From Planctomycetota bacterium (GTDB lineage Bacteria > Planctomycetota > JAJSAM01 > JAJVHW01), in the NCBI GenBank assembly GCA_965248445.1, contig CBDFJG010000002.1, forward strand, positions 192,001-256,000: a stretch of DNA of 64,000 nt. Reading direction: 5' to 3'. The stretch's first letter is position 1, and the number at the start of each line of letters is the position of its first letter. Under the pieces are notes generated by a model, which saw nothing but the letters and a program-made list of their open reading frames with translations, had not been told where the DNA came from and did not search any database. This document shows positions 48,516 to 60,597 of this stretch, piece after piece. The position numbers were made by a program, and so were the translations under genes.

Positions 48516-49555
48516 CACTCGCGTTCCTCGAACGACTCGATCTGGCCACGCCGTGGGTGTTGCTGTTGCTGCCGGTCGCGCTCGCCATCGTCTGGCACAC
48601 GAGACGTCGCGGGCGCCGGCAGGTGGCGTTCGGTTCGGTGGCCCTCGTGGACGGGCTTCCGAGTTCGCTGCGCCGCCGTCTCGCGTGGCTGCCGGCCGTG
48701 GCGTTCGCATGCGGTGTCGCGCTGGCGGTCGTCGCGCTCGCCCGGCCGCGGCTCGGAGACGAGCGCACGGTGGTGAGGTCCGAGGGCGTCGCGATCGCAC
48801 TGGTCGTGGACACGTCCAGCTCGATGCTGGCGCACGACTTCACCGACGCTGCGGGCCAGCCGACGGACCGGCTGTCCGCCGTGAAGTCGGTGGTGCGGGA
48901 GTTCGTGGAGGGCGGCGCCGCACTCCAGGGGCGCACGGGCGATCTCGTCGGGCTGACGGTGTTCGCCGGCTACGCACAGGCCGTCTGTCCGCCGACGCTC
49001 GATCACCGGATGGTGCTCACGACCCTTGACGCGACGGAGATCGCGCAGTCCGAGGTCGAGGACGGAACGTCGATCGGCCTGGGCCTCGCCGTTGCACTGC
49101 AGCGGCTCAAGGACATCGAAGTGCCCTCGCGCGTCGTGGTGTTACTGACCGACGGCGAGAACCGCGATGACGACAACCCGCCGCTCTCCGCGGCGCGCGT
49201 TGCCCACGAGATGGGCGTGCGCGTGCACACGATCGGGATGGGATCGCGCGGGCTGGCTCCGTACCCGCAGCAGCTCGCGGACGGCCGTGTGGTCTTCCGG
49301 CAGGTGCCGGTGAGTCTCGACGAGGATCTGCTGCAGGCAATCGCGAGCACGACCGGCGGGAAGTACCAGCGCGCCGGGACGACGGACGCGTTGCGACGCA
49401 TCTACGCGGACATCGACGCGATGGAGCGCACCGAGCTCGAAGGAGTCACGTACCGCCGTCATCGCGAGCTGTTCACGTACCCGCTCGCCGCGGCGGCTCT
49501 GCTCTGGCTGCTCTCCCTCATCGGCGAGGCAACTCTGTTCAGGAGGCTCGGATGA
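48512..49555 (+). CDS. batA: VWA-domain protein BatA
   Basis: ALARP, MIDAS DTSSSM, GTSIG, LLTDGEN; position in operon. Confidence 0.85.
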   Translation: MTLAFLERLDLATPWVLLLLPVALAIVWHTRRRGRRQVAFGSVALVDGLPSSLRRRLAWLPAVAFACGVALAVVALARPRLGDERTVVRSEGVAIALVVDTSSSMLAHDFTDAAGQPTDRLSAVKSVVREFVEGGAALQGRTGDLVGLTVFAGYAQAVCPPTLDHRMVLTTLDATEIAQSEVEDGTSIGLGLAVALQRLKDIEVPSRVVVLLTDGENRDDDNPPLSAARVAHEMGVRVHTIGMGSRGLAPYPQQLADGRVVFRQVPVSLDEDLLQAIASTTGGKYQRAGTTDALRRIYADIDAMERTELEGVTYRRHRELFTYPLAAAALLWLLSLIGEATLFRRLG

Positions 49556-50574
49556 GACTCCTCGCGATCGAGTGGCTGTGGACGCTCTGGCTCGTGCCCG
49601 TCGCCGCGCTCCTGCTCCGGCTGGGCGCCGTGCGCGCGCGCACCCGCACACGCGAGTTCGTCGGGGCGCTTGCGCCGCGCCTCGTCCGCGCCGGTGGTGA
49701 GCACCTGTCGCGCAGCGTCTTCGCACTGGCCGCGGTCGCCGTGGCGATCGTCGCGCTCGCCCGCCCGGCATGGGGCGTCGTGATGCAGGACGTCGAGCGC
49801 GAGGGTCTCGAACTGGTCGTGCTCCTGGACGTTAGCCGGAGCATGCTGGCCGAGGACGCTGCGCCCAACCGGCTGGAGCGCGCGCGTCTCGCGGTGGGCC
49901 GGCTGATCGACCGCCTGGAGGAGAGCGGCGGTCATCGCATCGGGCTCGTCGCGTTCGCTGGTCTGCCCGTCGTGCGCGCGCCCGTGACGTCGGACTACGC
50001 ATACGTCCGGGATCGGCTGGCGACGACGTCGCCGTCCGACGTTCCGCGGGGCGGCACGCTGATCGGCGACGCGGTGCGCCGGTCGGTCGGCCTGCTCGAT
50101 CGCGGCGACGTGTCCGCGGACGTGCCTGTGCACGACCGCGTCGTGATCCTGCTGACGGACGGCGAGGACCACGAGAGCTTCCCGCGCGAGGCTGCCCAGG
50201 GCGCCGCGGAGGCGGGTGTCGTGATCTACTCGGTCGGCATCGGCGATCCGTCGGACGGCGGGCGAATTCCCATCCGCGGGGACGACGGCAGGCGCAGCTT
50301 CGTCTCACACGGAGGAAGCGACGTGGTGAGTCGGCTCGACGAGGACACGCTGCGCGCAATGGCCACGTCCACCGGCGGCGGGTATCTGCCCGCCGGCACA
50401 CGGAGCATCCCGCTCGATCGCCTGTACGACGAGGCGATCCAGACGCGCCGGGCGGCGTCGCTCGGCACCACCCGTGAACGCCGCCATCACGAGCGCTTCC
50501 AGTGGGCGGCCGGCATCGCTCTGGTGCTGGCGATCCTCTCGCGGGTCGCCGGACCGCGAGGGCGGGACGCATGA
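49552..50574 (+). CDS. batB: VWA-domain protein BatB
   Basis: ALARPAWG, DVSRSM, PNRLERA, LTDGEDH. Confidence 0.85.
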   Translation: MRLLAIEWLWTLWLVPVAALLLRLGAVRARTRTREFVGALAPRLVRAGGEHLSRSVFALAAVAVAIVALARPAWGVVMQDVEREGLELVVLLDVSRSMLAEDAAPNRLERARLAVGRLIDRLEESGGHRIGLVAFAGLPVVRAPVTSDYAYVRDRLATTSPSDVPRGGTLIGDAVRRSVGLLDRGDVSADVPVHDRVVILLTDGEDHESFPREAAQGAAEAGVVIYSVGIGDPSDGGRIPIRGDDGRRSFVSHGGSDVVSRLDEDTLRAMATSTGGGYLPAGTRSIPLDRLYDEAIQTRRAASLGTTRERRHHERFQWAAGIALVLAILSRVAGPRGRDA

Positions 50575-51629
50575 AGCGCGCCTTGCCGTTCCTCCTCTGT
50601 CTCGCCGCGCTGGCTCCTGCCGCGTCGGCCGGCGAGGCCCGTGAAACGCTCCGCGACCAGATCGGCGAGGCGATTGCGGCGCTCGACGAGGGGGACGCTC
50701 CGCGCGCCGTGTCCCTGCTCGAGAAGGTGGCTCGCGATCCGGACGCGGAGACGCCGGATGCGGAGCGCGCCACGCTGCAGTACGACCTGGGTGTCGCGTT
50801 CTCCCGTGCGCAGCGGCCGGACGAGGCGCGCGCGGCGTATCGCAGCGCTCTTGCCGCCGCCGGTGACGGAGCGCACGCCGAGCAGGTGCGCGCCTCCGCG
50901 CTGTACAACCTCGGCACGTCTCACCTGTTCGATGCTCACGCCGCGGCGGACCTGCTGGGCGATCCGGCGCGTATCGCCGAGACCGTCGCTCGATCGGGCG
51001 CACAAGGCGGCGGGCCGATGTCGCCCGAGGGCCGCGCCGACATGGAGCGCGCAATCCGAGCCACGACTGCGCGCACCGGGCTTTCGCACGCCCGGGACGC
51101 GATCTCCGCGCTGCGCGATCGCGTGCGCGGTACGCCTTCGGATCGGGATGCGGCGCACAACCTGCAGGTGGCCCAGCGCGTTCGCCGCTTCCTCGAAGAG
51201 GAACTCGAGAAGCACGATCAAAGCGATCCGGAGCAGTCCGGCAAGGATGGTGACGACACCGGCGAGGACGACGGCGAGCAGCAGGATCCGAGCGGCAGCG
51301 ACGAGCAGGAAGGCGATGACTCCTCGCAGGAGAACCCGTCGGGCGGTGAGCAGGGCGAGCAGGACCAGGAACAGCCAGAGTCCGACGGCGCCGAGGGCGA
51401 GCAGGATCAGAGCGAGGGTGACGAACAGCAACCGAGCGGCGGCCAGGACGGCGAGAGTGAGAGCGGTGACGAGCAGCCTCCCGAGCAGCAGGGCGCCGCC
51501 GGAAAGGGCGACGAGAAGAAGGACGAGCCGCTCGCGGAGATGCTGGAAGCAGCGGCGCGGCGGCTGCGGCTCGTCGAGGAGATGCGGCGCAGCAAGTTGC
51601 GCAAGGTCAAGGTGGAGAAAGACTGGTGA
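50571..51629 (+). CDS. batC: TPR protein with acidic Q/E/D/G linker (BatC-like)
   Basis: YDLG, ALYNLG, DAAHNL, low-complexity linker, terminal EKDW. Confidence 0.75.
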   Translation: MKRALPFLLCLAALAPAASAGEARETLRDQIGEAIAALDEGDAPRAVSLLEKVARDPDAETPDAERATLQYDLGVAFSRAQRPDEARAAYRSALAAAGDGAHAEQVRASALYNLGTSHLFDAHAAADLLGDPARIAETVARSGAQGGGPMSPEGRADMERAIRATTARTGLSHARDAISALRDRVRGTPSDRDAAHNLQVAQRVRRFLEEELEKHDQSDPEQSGKDGDDTGEDDGEQQDPSGSDEQEGDDSSQENPSGGEQGEQDQEQPESDGAEGEQDQSEGDEQQPSGGQDGESESGDEQPPEQQGAAGKGDEKKDEPLAEMLEAAARRLRLVEEMRRSKLRKVKVEKDW

Positions 51630-53518
51630 GGGTCGCACTCACCGCCGCCCTGATCGTCGCGCTGGCCGCGGCGTCACCCGCACGGGCCGAGAGCGATCCG
51701 CTGTCGGTAGAGGCGCGCGTGTCGCAGGACACAGTGTTGCTCGGCGGCGCGGTGCAGATGCAGGTGCTGGTCAAGGGGGCGCGGTCGGCGCGCGGTCCGG
51801 CCGCGTCGGCGTTCGGCGACGACTTCGAGGTCAAGCTCCTCCAAGAGAGCCCGGGCTCCCGGTCCGAGACCGTGATCGTGAAGGGACGGCTCTCCAGCAA
51901 GGAGGAGGTCTGGTACGCGTTCATCTACGAACTGCGGCCCCGGCGGGACGGCGAGTTGATTGTTCCGGCGCTCGACTACCGGGCCGGCGACGAGACGCTC
52001 CGCACGGAAGCACTCTCGCTGTCCGTCATCGGCCCACGCGCGTCGGCCCACGCGCTCCTCGACGTCTCCTACGCGCCTTCCCGCATCTACGTCGAGCAGG
52101 CGCTGACGCTGCGACTGCGAGCTTCGCTGACGAGACTTTCGCTCGGCGACGAGGTCACGAACGCGGATCCGTTCCTCACGCGCGATCCGCCGGAACTGCG
52201 TATCCCGTGGATCGACGGCACCGATGATCTCGCCGCGTCCGAGACCGAGCAGTATCTCGCGCGCCTGGAGACGCAGCGCGGTGCCGGATTCTCCGTGAAC
52301 GCTCTGATGCGCTCGAGCTTCTTCGGCCGTGGTGACATCCGCCTGTTCCGGTTGAAGCGCGAACCTCTCGATCGCGGCGGTGCGAAGTGGTTTGCGTACT
52401 CGCTCGAGCGCGTGGTCGTGCCGTTGCGTTCGGGGAAGATCGCGCTGCCGGCGGCTTCGATCGTCGGTGACGTGGTGACGAAGGCCGAGACCACCGCCGG
52501 GGGTGGCGCACGTGCCACCGACACAGAGACCGTGTTCGTGACGCACGAGCCGGTCGTGATCGACGTGCTCCCGATTCCCACTGTGGGGCGGCCACCGACG
52601 TACACGCACGCTGTCGGCCGCTTCCTGGTCGAGGCGTCTGCGACACCGCACCGCGCACAGGTCGGAGATCCAATTCAGGTCGTCATGCGCGTCGACGGAG
52701 CGGGCCTGCTCGATCGCCTGAAGACGCCCGCGCTCGACAAGCAGGCCGACCTCGCCCGCGACTTCTCGGTCAGCGAAGCAGAGCCGCCCGGATGGGACGG
52801 CTCGGCGCGCGTGTTCACGTACACGCTCCGCCCGCGGCACGCGCGCGTCACATCGCTTCCGCCGCTCGTCTTCGCGTCGTTCGACCCGGAGTCCGCGTCG
52901 TTCCGCGAGCAACGCACCGAGCGCATACCGATCGAGGTCGAGGATGCCGGCGAGGTGTCGCCGAGTGAACTCGAGGTCGCCGGAGGGGGCGCTGCCGTCA
53001 CGAGCACACCGGGTGCGGAGGTGGCCGGCGGACTCGAGCCGAACGCCGGGCTGACGGAGATCCTCGGCGACGAGCCCTACGCGCCGTGGCGCGGGCCCGT
53101 CTTCTGGCTCGCTCTCCTGCTTCCGCTCCTCGCGCTGATCGGCGTGCTCGGATTGCAGGCGCGGCGCTCCGCACACGACGACGCGGCGCTGCGCGCGCGG
53201 CGTGCCCTCCCCGTCGCCCTCGAGGAAGTCGAGGCGGCGCGGGTTGCAACCGATGAGATCCGGCAGGCCGACGGCCTGTCGCGGGCGCTCGCAGGGTTCG
53301 TCGCCGCTCGCACCGGCCGAAGCGCGGGCGGATTGACGGCCGAGGATGTCGGCTCGATTCTGCGAGCTCGCTCCGTGGACACCGCTCTCGTCGACGACGT
53401 CGTAGCCGGAATCAGCACATGCGAGGCGGCGCGTTACGGCGGGCAGAGCGCGCTGCGGGATGCGCTGCGCGATGCGGAGAGCTGGCTCGGGCGCCTCGAT
53501 GAGGAGCTGCCGCTGTGA
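51626..53518 (+). CDS. batD: BatD-family protein
   Basis: Signal peptide, Ig-like repeats, AVGRF, FDP, C-terminal TM. Confidence 0.8.
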   Translation: MRVALTAALIVALAAASPARAESDPLSVEARVSQDTVLLGGAVQMQVLVKGARSARGPAASAFGDDFEVKLLQESPGSRSETVIVKGRLSSKEEVWYAFIYELRPRRDGELIVPALDYRAGDETLRTEALSLSVIGPRASAHALLDVSYAPSRIYVEQALTLRLRASLTRLSLGDEVTNADPFLTRDPPELRIPWIDGTDDLAASETEQYLARLETQRGAGFSVNALMRSSFFGRGDIRLFRLKREPLDRGGAKWFAYSLERVVVPLRSGKIALPAASIVGDVVTKAETTAGGGARATDTETVFVTHEPVVIDVLPIPTVGRPPTYTHAVGRFLVEASATPHRAQVGDPIQVVMRVDGAGLLDRLKTPALDKQADLARDFSVSEAEPPGWDGSARVFTYTLRPRHARVTSLPPLVFASFDPESASFREQRTERIPIEVEDAGEVSPSELEVAGGGAAVTSTPGAEVAGGLEPNAGLTEILGDEPYAPWRGPVFWLALLLPLLALIGVLGLQARRSAHDDAALRARRALPVALEEVEAARVATDEIRQADGLSRALAGFVAARTGRSAGGLTAEDVGSILRARSVDTALVDDVVAGISTCEAARYGGQSALRDALRDAESWLGRLDEELPL

Positions 53519-54363
53519 GGCGCGCGATCCGTCTCGCCGGCCTGATCGTCGCGGCTCTGCTCGTGGGTTGCCCGGCCCTGACGGCGCATGCCGGTGACCA
53601 GGGCGCCGGCGAGGTCGCGGACGCAGACCGCGCATTCCGCGCGGCGGTCTCGGGTCTCGGCGGCGACGAGGAGCGGCTCGACGTGGCCGCACTCCTGTAC
53701 GAGCGCGCGCTCGCAACGCGTCCTGAGAACGGCGCTCTGGAGTACGACTGCGCCAACGCTCAACTCCTCAGCGGGGACGTCGGGCGCGCGGTGCTGCACT
53801 ACCGCCGGGCCGCCCGCTGGCGCCCTGGAGACGAACGCATCGTCACCAATCTAGCGATTGCCCGCACGCGCCGCCGCGATCGCATCGCGGCCACGTCGAC
53901 GCGCTCGGTCGTGGAGACCGTTGCGTTCTGGCATCGCGGCCTTCCCTTGCCGACGAAGGTGCCGCTGGCGCTTGCGGCGTGGATGCTCAGCCTATCCCTG
54001 TTCGCACTTCGGGTCCTTGTTCTGGTTCGGGTCCGGGGCGTCCAGCGCTCGCGCGCGCTGCGCTACGTCGCTGTCCTCTCGCTGGGGGTTGCGGGCGCCG
54101 TCGGCGCCTCGGCATGGCTCGAGGCGCGGGAGCTCCACGATCCCGCTGCCGCGGTCGTCGTGGCTGACGAGGTCCCGCTGCGCAGCGGCGATGGCGACAC
54201 GTATCCGTCGCGCTATGAGCAACCGGTGCATGCCGGCGCAGAGGTGCACGTGCGCGCCGAGCGCGGCGGCTGGTCGGAACTGGAGTTGACCGACGGCAAG
54301 TCCGGTTGGGTCCCGTCCGCTTCCGTTGAGCGCGTCGTTCAGTCCGCCCCCCCGTCGAAGTAG
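53515..54363 (+). CDS. batE: TPR plus SH3b protein (BatE-like)
   Basis: GRAVLHYRRA, two TMs, C-terminal GWSEL...GWV. Confidence 0.78.
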   Translation: MRRAIRLAGLIVAALLVGCPALTAHAGDQGAGEVADADRAFRAAVSGLGGDEERLDVAALLYERALATRPENGALEYDCANAQLLSGDVGRAVLHYRRAARWRPGDERIVTNLAIARTRRRDRIAATSTRSVVETVAFWHRGLPLPTKVPLALAAWMLSLSLFALRVLVLVRVRGVQRSRALRYVAVLSLGVAGAVGASAWLEARELHDPAAAVVVADEVPLRSGDGDTYPSRYEQPVHAGAEVHVRAERGGWSELELTDGKSGWVPSASVERVVQSAPPSK

Positions 54364-55541
54364 TCGTCCAGATAGGCGACGAACGGTGCGAGCGCTTCCT
54401 TCGAAGAGGCGCGCGCGGCGTCGAGCGACGGGAAAATCTGCACGCGGCGATCGGATTCCAGCTCCACGCGGCCGTCTCCGAAGATCCGAAGTGCGGACAC
54501 GTTCCCGTCCTTCTCCCGAACGAACTCACGTTCCAGGTGATCGTCGGGGGAGACCTCGTGGATGGCTACTGCGACCGTGAGACGCGGGGTAGCGCGCAGG
54601 TTCTCGAGCGTCGCAAAGTTCATCAGGGCGAACACACGCCGCATCTTCGCGTGCGGAACGAGCGTCGCGATCATCTCGTGGTCGATGCCGTGCAGGACGA
54701 GTTGCGCATCGCCGCCGGGCGTCGGAGCGGCCCCCACCGGCATGGCGCCCAGGAAGACATGCGTCGCCACGTCGTGGCTCCACCTGTGCACCGGCAGCAT
54801 CTTCTGCGAGTCCGCGTCGAGGGTCAGCACGTCCATCTGAGCGAGCGAACGGCGTTCGCCGGTGCCCAGATGCCGCACGAACGCAGATCCCACGATCGCT
54901 TCGACCTGGGGAATGGCATCCGTGAGAAATGCGGGCGGCAGCACGGGCGGCTCGATCGACAGCGAGTCGCCGGAGATCAGCGCGGCACGCAGGGTGACGT
55001 TCGCGGTCACGGTCTGTGGCTGCATCTCGAAGTCGCCCGCCACGAGCCGGTGTGATCCGCCCGTGACCGCGACGCTTCCGCGCATCACCCGCACCTCGAA
55101 GGGTGCGTTCTTCGTGAGCGTGATCCGGAAGACGGCTCCCGCTGTCGGCTCGATACGCGCACCGTTCTGTCCGAGCAGCGCGACGGTTCCCGCCGGTGCG
55201 AACACCGTCGCGTCGCCGTGGACGAGCTTCGCCGGCTCCCAGTTGTCGCCCTTCCAGACGCTGACTGGTTCGCCCTCGACGGCGAACGCCGTCGCCTCGG
55301 GACGCAGCACGAGCCCACCGGTGGCCATGGCCAGTAGGACGGCCGCTGCGCCGGCGTACCGGATGGCGCGCCGCGGCAGGCGCCGCGCTACCGGTGCTAC
55401 CGGCGCCTCGCGTGCGCGCTGCCACGCGCCGTCGGCAATGCGCGCCGACGCGCCGCCGGCGAGGCCCGGGTCGAGGGCTGCGCGGAGCTTCTTCGAGAAC
55501 GCCGGGTCCAGTTCACGGGGATCGTGATCAGCGTTCGTCAT
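54339..55541 (-). CDS. Putative membrane anti-sigma factor with periplasmic beta domain
   Basis: Overlaps ECF sigma stop; short cytoplasmic part, one TM, beta-rich remainder. Confidence 0.6.
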   Translation of the reverse strand: MTNADHDPRELDPAFSKKLRAALDPGLAGGASARIADGAWQRAREAPVAPVARRLPRRAIRYAGAAAVLLAMATGGLVLRPEATAFAVEGEPVSVWKGDNWEPAKLVHGDATVFAPAGTVALLGQNGARIEPTAGAVFRITLTKNAPFEVRVMRGSVAVTGGSHRLVAGDFEMQPQTVTANVTLRAALISGDSLSIEPPVLPPAFLTDAIPQVEAIVGSAFVRHLGTGERRSLAQMDVLTLDADSQKMLPVHRWSHDVATHVFLGAMPVGAAPTPGGDAQLVLHGIDHEMIATLVPHAKMRRVFALMNFATLENLRATPRLTVAVAIHEVSPDDHLEREFVREKDGNVSALRIFGDGRVELESDRRVQIFPSLDAARASSKEALAPFVAYLDDYFDGGAD

Positions 55542-56184
55542 CTCGCACCTCCAACATCTCTCGTACTGCGCGCAGGCCGCGGGAAACCCAGGTCCGTGCA
55601 GTCGGCACCTGTGTCCCGAGGCGTTCCGCTATGACCGCGTACGGCTCGTCGTTCACCACGCGCATCGTGATCGCGAGCTGCATGCGTTCGGGCAGCGCCC
55701 GCATGGCGGCTCGAATGCGGTCGGCCTCCTCGCGGTTCTCGATCTGCATCTCGCCGCCGCCGTTGCCGGGCAGCGGCACCTGGTCCGTCTCGACGTCCGC
55801 CATCGGAGTGAGTCGGCGGCGCCGGGCCTGCTTGCGCACCCAGTCCCGCGACAGGTTCAGCGCGATTGTCGCCGCCCACGTCGAGAACGACGCCTGTCCG
55901 CGAAAGCCGTCGAGCTTGCCGAGGGCGCGGACGAACGTCTCCTGGACGAGGTCCTCCACCGGTCCGGCCCGTCCGACCCGCTGGCGTACCAGAGAAGCGA
56001 TCACGCGGTGATGGCGGGTGACCAGTTCGCCGAACGCGTCGCGGTCGCCCCCGCGGGCACGGGCGAGCAGGCGCCCGTCGCCCTCGGCGGCCGCATCCCG
56101 ATCAGCAACGTCTCTGGCGAGCCGGCGAACCGGTAGAGGCTCGGCCCCACCCGCAGCCTCGCCAGGCATGGGCACAGCCGTCAC
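55528..56184 (-). CDS. ECF sigma-70 factor
   Basis: GDRDAFGELV, EDLVQETF, FSTW...IALN, LPER, region 4 HTH. Confidence 0.92.
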   Translation of the reverse strand: MTAVPMPGEAAGGAEPLPVRRLARDVADRDAAAEGDGRLLARARGGDRDAFGELVTRHHRVIASLVRQRVGRAGPVEDLVQETFVRALGKLDGFRGQASFSTWAATIALNLSRDWVRKQARRRRLTPMADVETDQVPLPGNGGGEMQIENREEADRIRAAMRALPERMQLAITMRVVNDEPYAVIAERLGTQVPTARTWVSRGLRAVREMLEVRDDER

Positions 56185-56224
56185 AGCAGGGCTCCCGTTC
56201 GTCGCACCGACACACCTCTGTCCG

Positions 56225-56254
56225 CTTGGACGTGCGAGGGAGGCTGCCGTGACA
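56225..56254 (-). promoter_or_regulatory. Putative ECF promoter TGTCAC-N16-CGTCCAAG upstream of the sigma gene
   Basis: Near-identical motif with the same spacing at 58790..58819. Confidence 0.65.
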
Positions 56255-56258
56255 CGCG

Positions 56259-57818
56259 CTACTGGTGCCAGGTGTACTTCACGCGATACGTGATGGTCTT
56301 CTCGCCCCTGGCCGGGACCTGAACGGGGAAGTGGATGGTGCGGAAGTCCGCTTTCTCGAACTGGTCGCTCTGCTCGACGATCTGCCAGTTCGACCAGCGG
56401 TAGAGGTTCTCCTTCACGATCACCTTCACCGCGTCGTCCTTGTGGTTCCGGATCTGGATCTTGAACGCCTCCTCGATCCAGCGGCCGCGCTCCACCTTGA
56501 AGTCGGTCTGCGTGCGCTCGCCCACGACGTCGAACGTGTTGCCGAGCCGGACCTGCACGCGCTCGTCCCGCGGCGTGTGGTCGATCAGGTCCTCGCCGAT
56601 GAACTCGAGTGTGCCGTCCGCGTTGTCTCGCTTGTAGACGCGCAGCTTGCCCTTGGGCAGCGGCATGCCCATCCGGTTCGACTCACGATTCTCGAACTGC
56701 AGATACACGTCGATCTTGTTGTTCGACTGATTGCCGAAGTTGCGGTCCTCGTACGGCTGGGCGCCGTACGCGCGCCAGTAGTTGCGCGGCAGACCGTAGT
56801 AGACGAGCACCTTCTCGACGGAGACGCCGCTCGCGGTCGGGAACAGCGCGATCTGCTGCGTCGTGTTCTGCGGAATGTCGGTGCGCCGCGGAAGCGTGTA
56901 GAGGTGGTACTCGAAGAACGACTTCTCGGTGAACCCGCCGGCATCCGCGCCCGCCTTGCCCGCCCGGCTGCCGAGACGCATTCGAACGCCACCGTCGGGA
57001 GTGATCCGCTGCACGTCCCCCGCGACGAGCTTGAGCTTCGCGTTCGGGTACGCCGCGCCGGAGAGGTTCATGAGCGTGACCCACGCGCCGATGTCCGCCT
57101 GCGTGTCCGTCGAGTTCAGGATGACGCTGTAGTCCGAGCGCCACGTCAACCCGCGGGTCTGATAGGTCGTGCGCACCTTGTGTGGTGAGTCGTGCACCTC
57201 AGAGAGCACCGTCCACTCGAGGGTCGGCCGCGTGATCAGCCCATCGGGCAGCTTCGGCAGCCGGATGCCCGCGCTGTTCGCGTGGATGAACTGGAGACCT
57301 GAGTCGGTCTGCAGGACCACCTGCCCCTGGTTGACCGAGAGCACCCGCCCGCGAATGATCTTCTCGGGGACACCGTTGCTCGCCGGCGTGACGTGCTGGA
57401 TCGTCTGATCGACGTATCGCTGGAGCAGCTTTGCCGGGCTCACGAGGTCGAACTTGAAGGACTGCTGGATCACCGCCGTGCTGGCAGGGTGGTCCAGGTC
57501 CACGAACGTGACCGTCGTCGGATCGATGTGCTCGGCGACGTCGGTCATCCGCACGATGTTGCGCTGGTTCGGCAGCGAGATCGGGCGGACCTCCTTCACC
57601 ACGCCGTAGCCGGGCACCTGCCACGCGAAGTAAGGATTGTATCCCTGACGCTGCTGCGCGATGAACTGCTGCGGGTCGAAGCCCGCGGGATCGGCCGTCG
57701 AGTAGACGGTGAGCGAGACATCTTCGGGGGGCGGGGCGTTCTGGACCGGAGCCTCTTGCGCGCCCGCGATGGCTGCAGAGATTGCGATCACGAGACCGGC
57801 GGAGATCGGGCGGGACAT
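56259..57818 (-). CDS. Secreted DUF4139-domain protein
   Basis: SLTVYS, YQTRGLTWRSDY, LVAGDV, FEYHLY, GMPLPKG, FIGED.IDHTP. Confidence 0.88.
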   Translation of the reverse strand: MSRPISAGLVIAISAAIAGAQEAPVQNAPPPEDVSLTVYSTADPAGFDPQQFIAQQRQGYNPYFAWQVPGYGVVKEVRPISLPNQRNIVRMTDVAEHIDPTTVTFVDLDHPASTAVIQQSFKFDLVSPAKLLQRYVDQTIQHVTPASNGVPEKIIRGRVLSVNQGQVVLQTDSGLQFIHANSAGIRLPKLPDGLITRPTLEWTVLSEVHDSPHKVRTTYQTRGLTWRSDYSVILNSTDTQADIGAWVTLMNLSGAAYPNAKLKLVAGDVQRITPDGGVRMRLGSRAGKAGADAGGFTEKSFFEYHLYTLPRRTDIPQNTTQQIALFPTASGVSVEKVLVYYGLPRNYWRAYGAQPYEDRNFGNQSNNKIDVYLQFENRESNRMGMPLPKGKLRVYKRDNADGTLEFIGEDLIDHTPRDERVQVRLGNTFDVVGERTQTDFKVERGRWIEEAFKIQIRNHKDDAVKVIVKENLYRWSNWQIVEQSDQFEKADFRTIHFPVQVPARGEKTITYRVKYTWHQ

Positions 57819-57907
57819 AGCGGTTCCTCCTGGCGGCAGAGCGTAGCCGCAGCCTCCCGTTCGATGCGACCGCTGCCCGCGTAGTTCCCGTTTCCTGGCA
57901 GTTCCCG

Positions 57908-58747
57908 CTACTTGTCGGCGTTGACGCCGATCGTGATGACCTCGACGTCGCCGCCGCCGTGGTCGCCGTCGTGGTCGCCGCCGCGGCGTCGCATGCTCAC
58001 TCTGCGGGCTCGTGCCGGGCCGGAGCCGGTCATCGCGCCCTTCCAGCCCTCGCTGTTCCAGCGGTCCTTCTGCTCGGAGTTCAGCGTGTTGCCGATGCGC
58101 TCGTCCATGCGCGTGCGTGCTTCACGCACCTTGTTCCCGTCCATGCGGCGGAACGTCATGGTCGCGCCGTCGTCCGTGGTCGTCGTCTCGCTGGTCGTCG
58201 CGTCCTTCATGGCCGCGTCGAACTCCGTCTTGGCCGCCTTGATTTCGTCGACCTGCGAGGTGGTCAGACCGAGCTCGTCGGTCGCCTTGTCCCAGCGCCG
58301 TTCCTCGGGGAGCGCCCGCAATTCCATGCTGCGAGCGAACTGCTTGCGCATCTCCGCCGCACGCTCCTGCGCCTTCGCGGCGAGGTCCTTCGCGAGATGC
58401 TCATCCCAGACTTTGACCGTCGGGATCTCGAACGTGGGCATCTCGATCGTCGGGACACCGGCCACAGCCGGGTTGGCAGCAAGCGCGGCGCGGCTCTCCT
58501 CGGTCATGCGGGTGAGGTCCATCTCTGCGGAGACCAGACGCTCCTCGAGGTCGCCGACGCCCTTCCTGCTCTCGCGCGCCGAGTCGCGGAGGCCGTCCAC
58601 GTCGCGCTGGAGCTGGGTCAGCCGGTCGAGGACCTCGTTCGACTCCGGCTCGGCGCCACCCTGACCGAGGAACGAGACCGCGCCGCCCGCGACGGCGCCG
58701 AGGGCGCCCGCGAGGATCATCACACCGAGCATGTTTCCGAGGTTCAT
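57908..58747 (-). CDS. Membrane-anchored coiled-coil protein with LTxxQ (Spy/CpxP-like) motifs
   Basis: N-terminal TM, coiled coil, ELGLTTSQ and LNSEQ motifs. Confidence 0.6.
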   Translation of the reverse strand: MNLGNMLGVMILAGALGAVAGGAVSFLGQGGAEPESNEVLDRLTQLQRDVDGLRDSARESRKGVGDLEERLVSAEMDLTRMTEESRAALAANPAVAGVPTIEMPTFEIPTVKVWDEHLAKDLAAKAQERAAEMRKQFARSMELRALPEERRWDKATDELGLTTSQVDEIKAAKTEFDAAMKDATTSETTTTDDGATMTFRRMDGNKVREARTRMDERIGNTLNSEQKDRWNSEGWKGAMTGSGPARARRVSMRRRGGDHDGDHGGGDVEVITIGVNADK

Positions 58748-58789
58748 CGTGGATCTCCCATCAGTCGGGCCCCGCTGCGGGCTCCCCCC

Positions 58790-58819
58790 CTTGGACGCAT
58801 TCGGGCAACGTGCGTGTCA
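58790..58819 (-). promoter_or_regulatory. Putative ECF promoter TGACAC-N16-CGTCCAAG
   Basis: Matches 56225..56254. Confidence 0.65.
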
Positions 58820-58864
58820 GATTAGTCCACCCGCCCCCGGCCCGCACGGCAGGATGAGGGCGCC

Positions 58865-60538
<1,674 letters not shown>

Positions 60539-60543
60539 ACGCG

Positions 60544-60578
60544 AAGAGGCACGCGCCACAGCGTGCCGCGTGCCTCTT
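60544..60578. terminator. Bidirectional terminator-like hairpin between convergent genes
   Basis: AAGAGGCACGCG...CGCGTGCCTCTT followed by T-rich sequence. Confidence 0.7.
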
Positions 60579-60597
60579 GATTGCTTGTTCGTTGCGT

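Noticed and set aside
51205..51530. Q/E/D/G low-complexity stretch as a separate repeat element
   Set aside because: Ordinary acidic linker of BatC-type proteins
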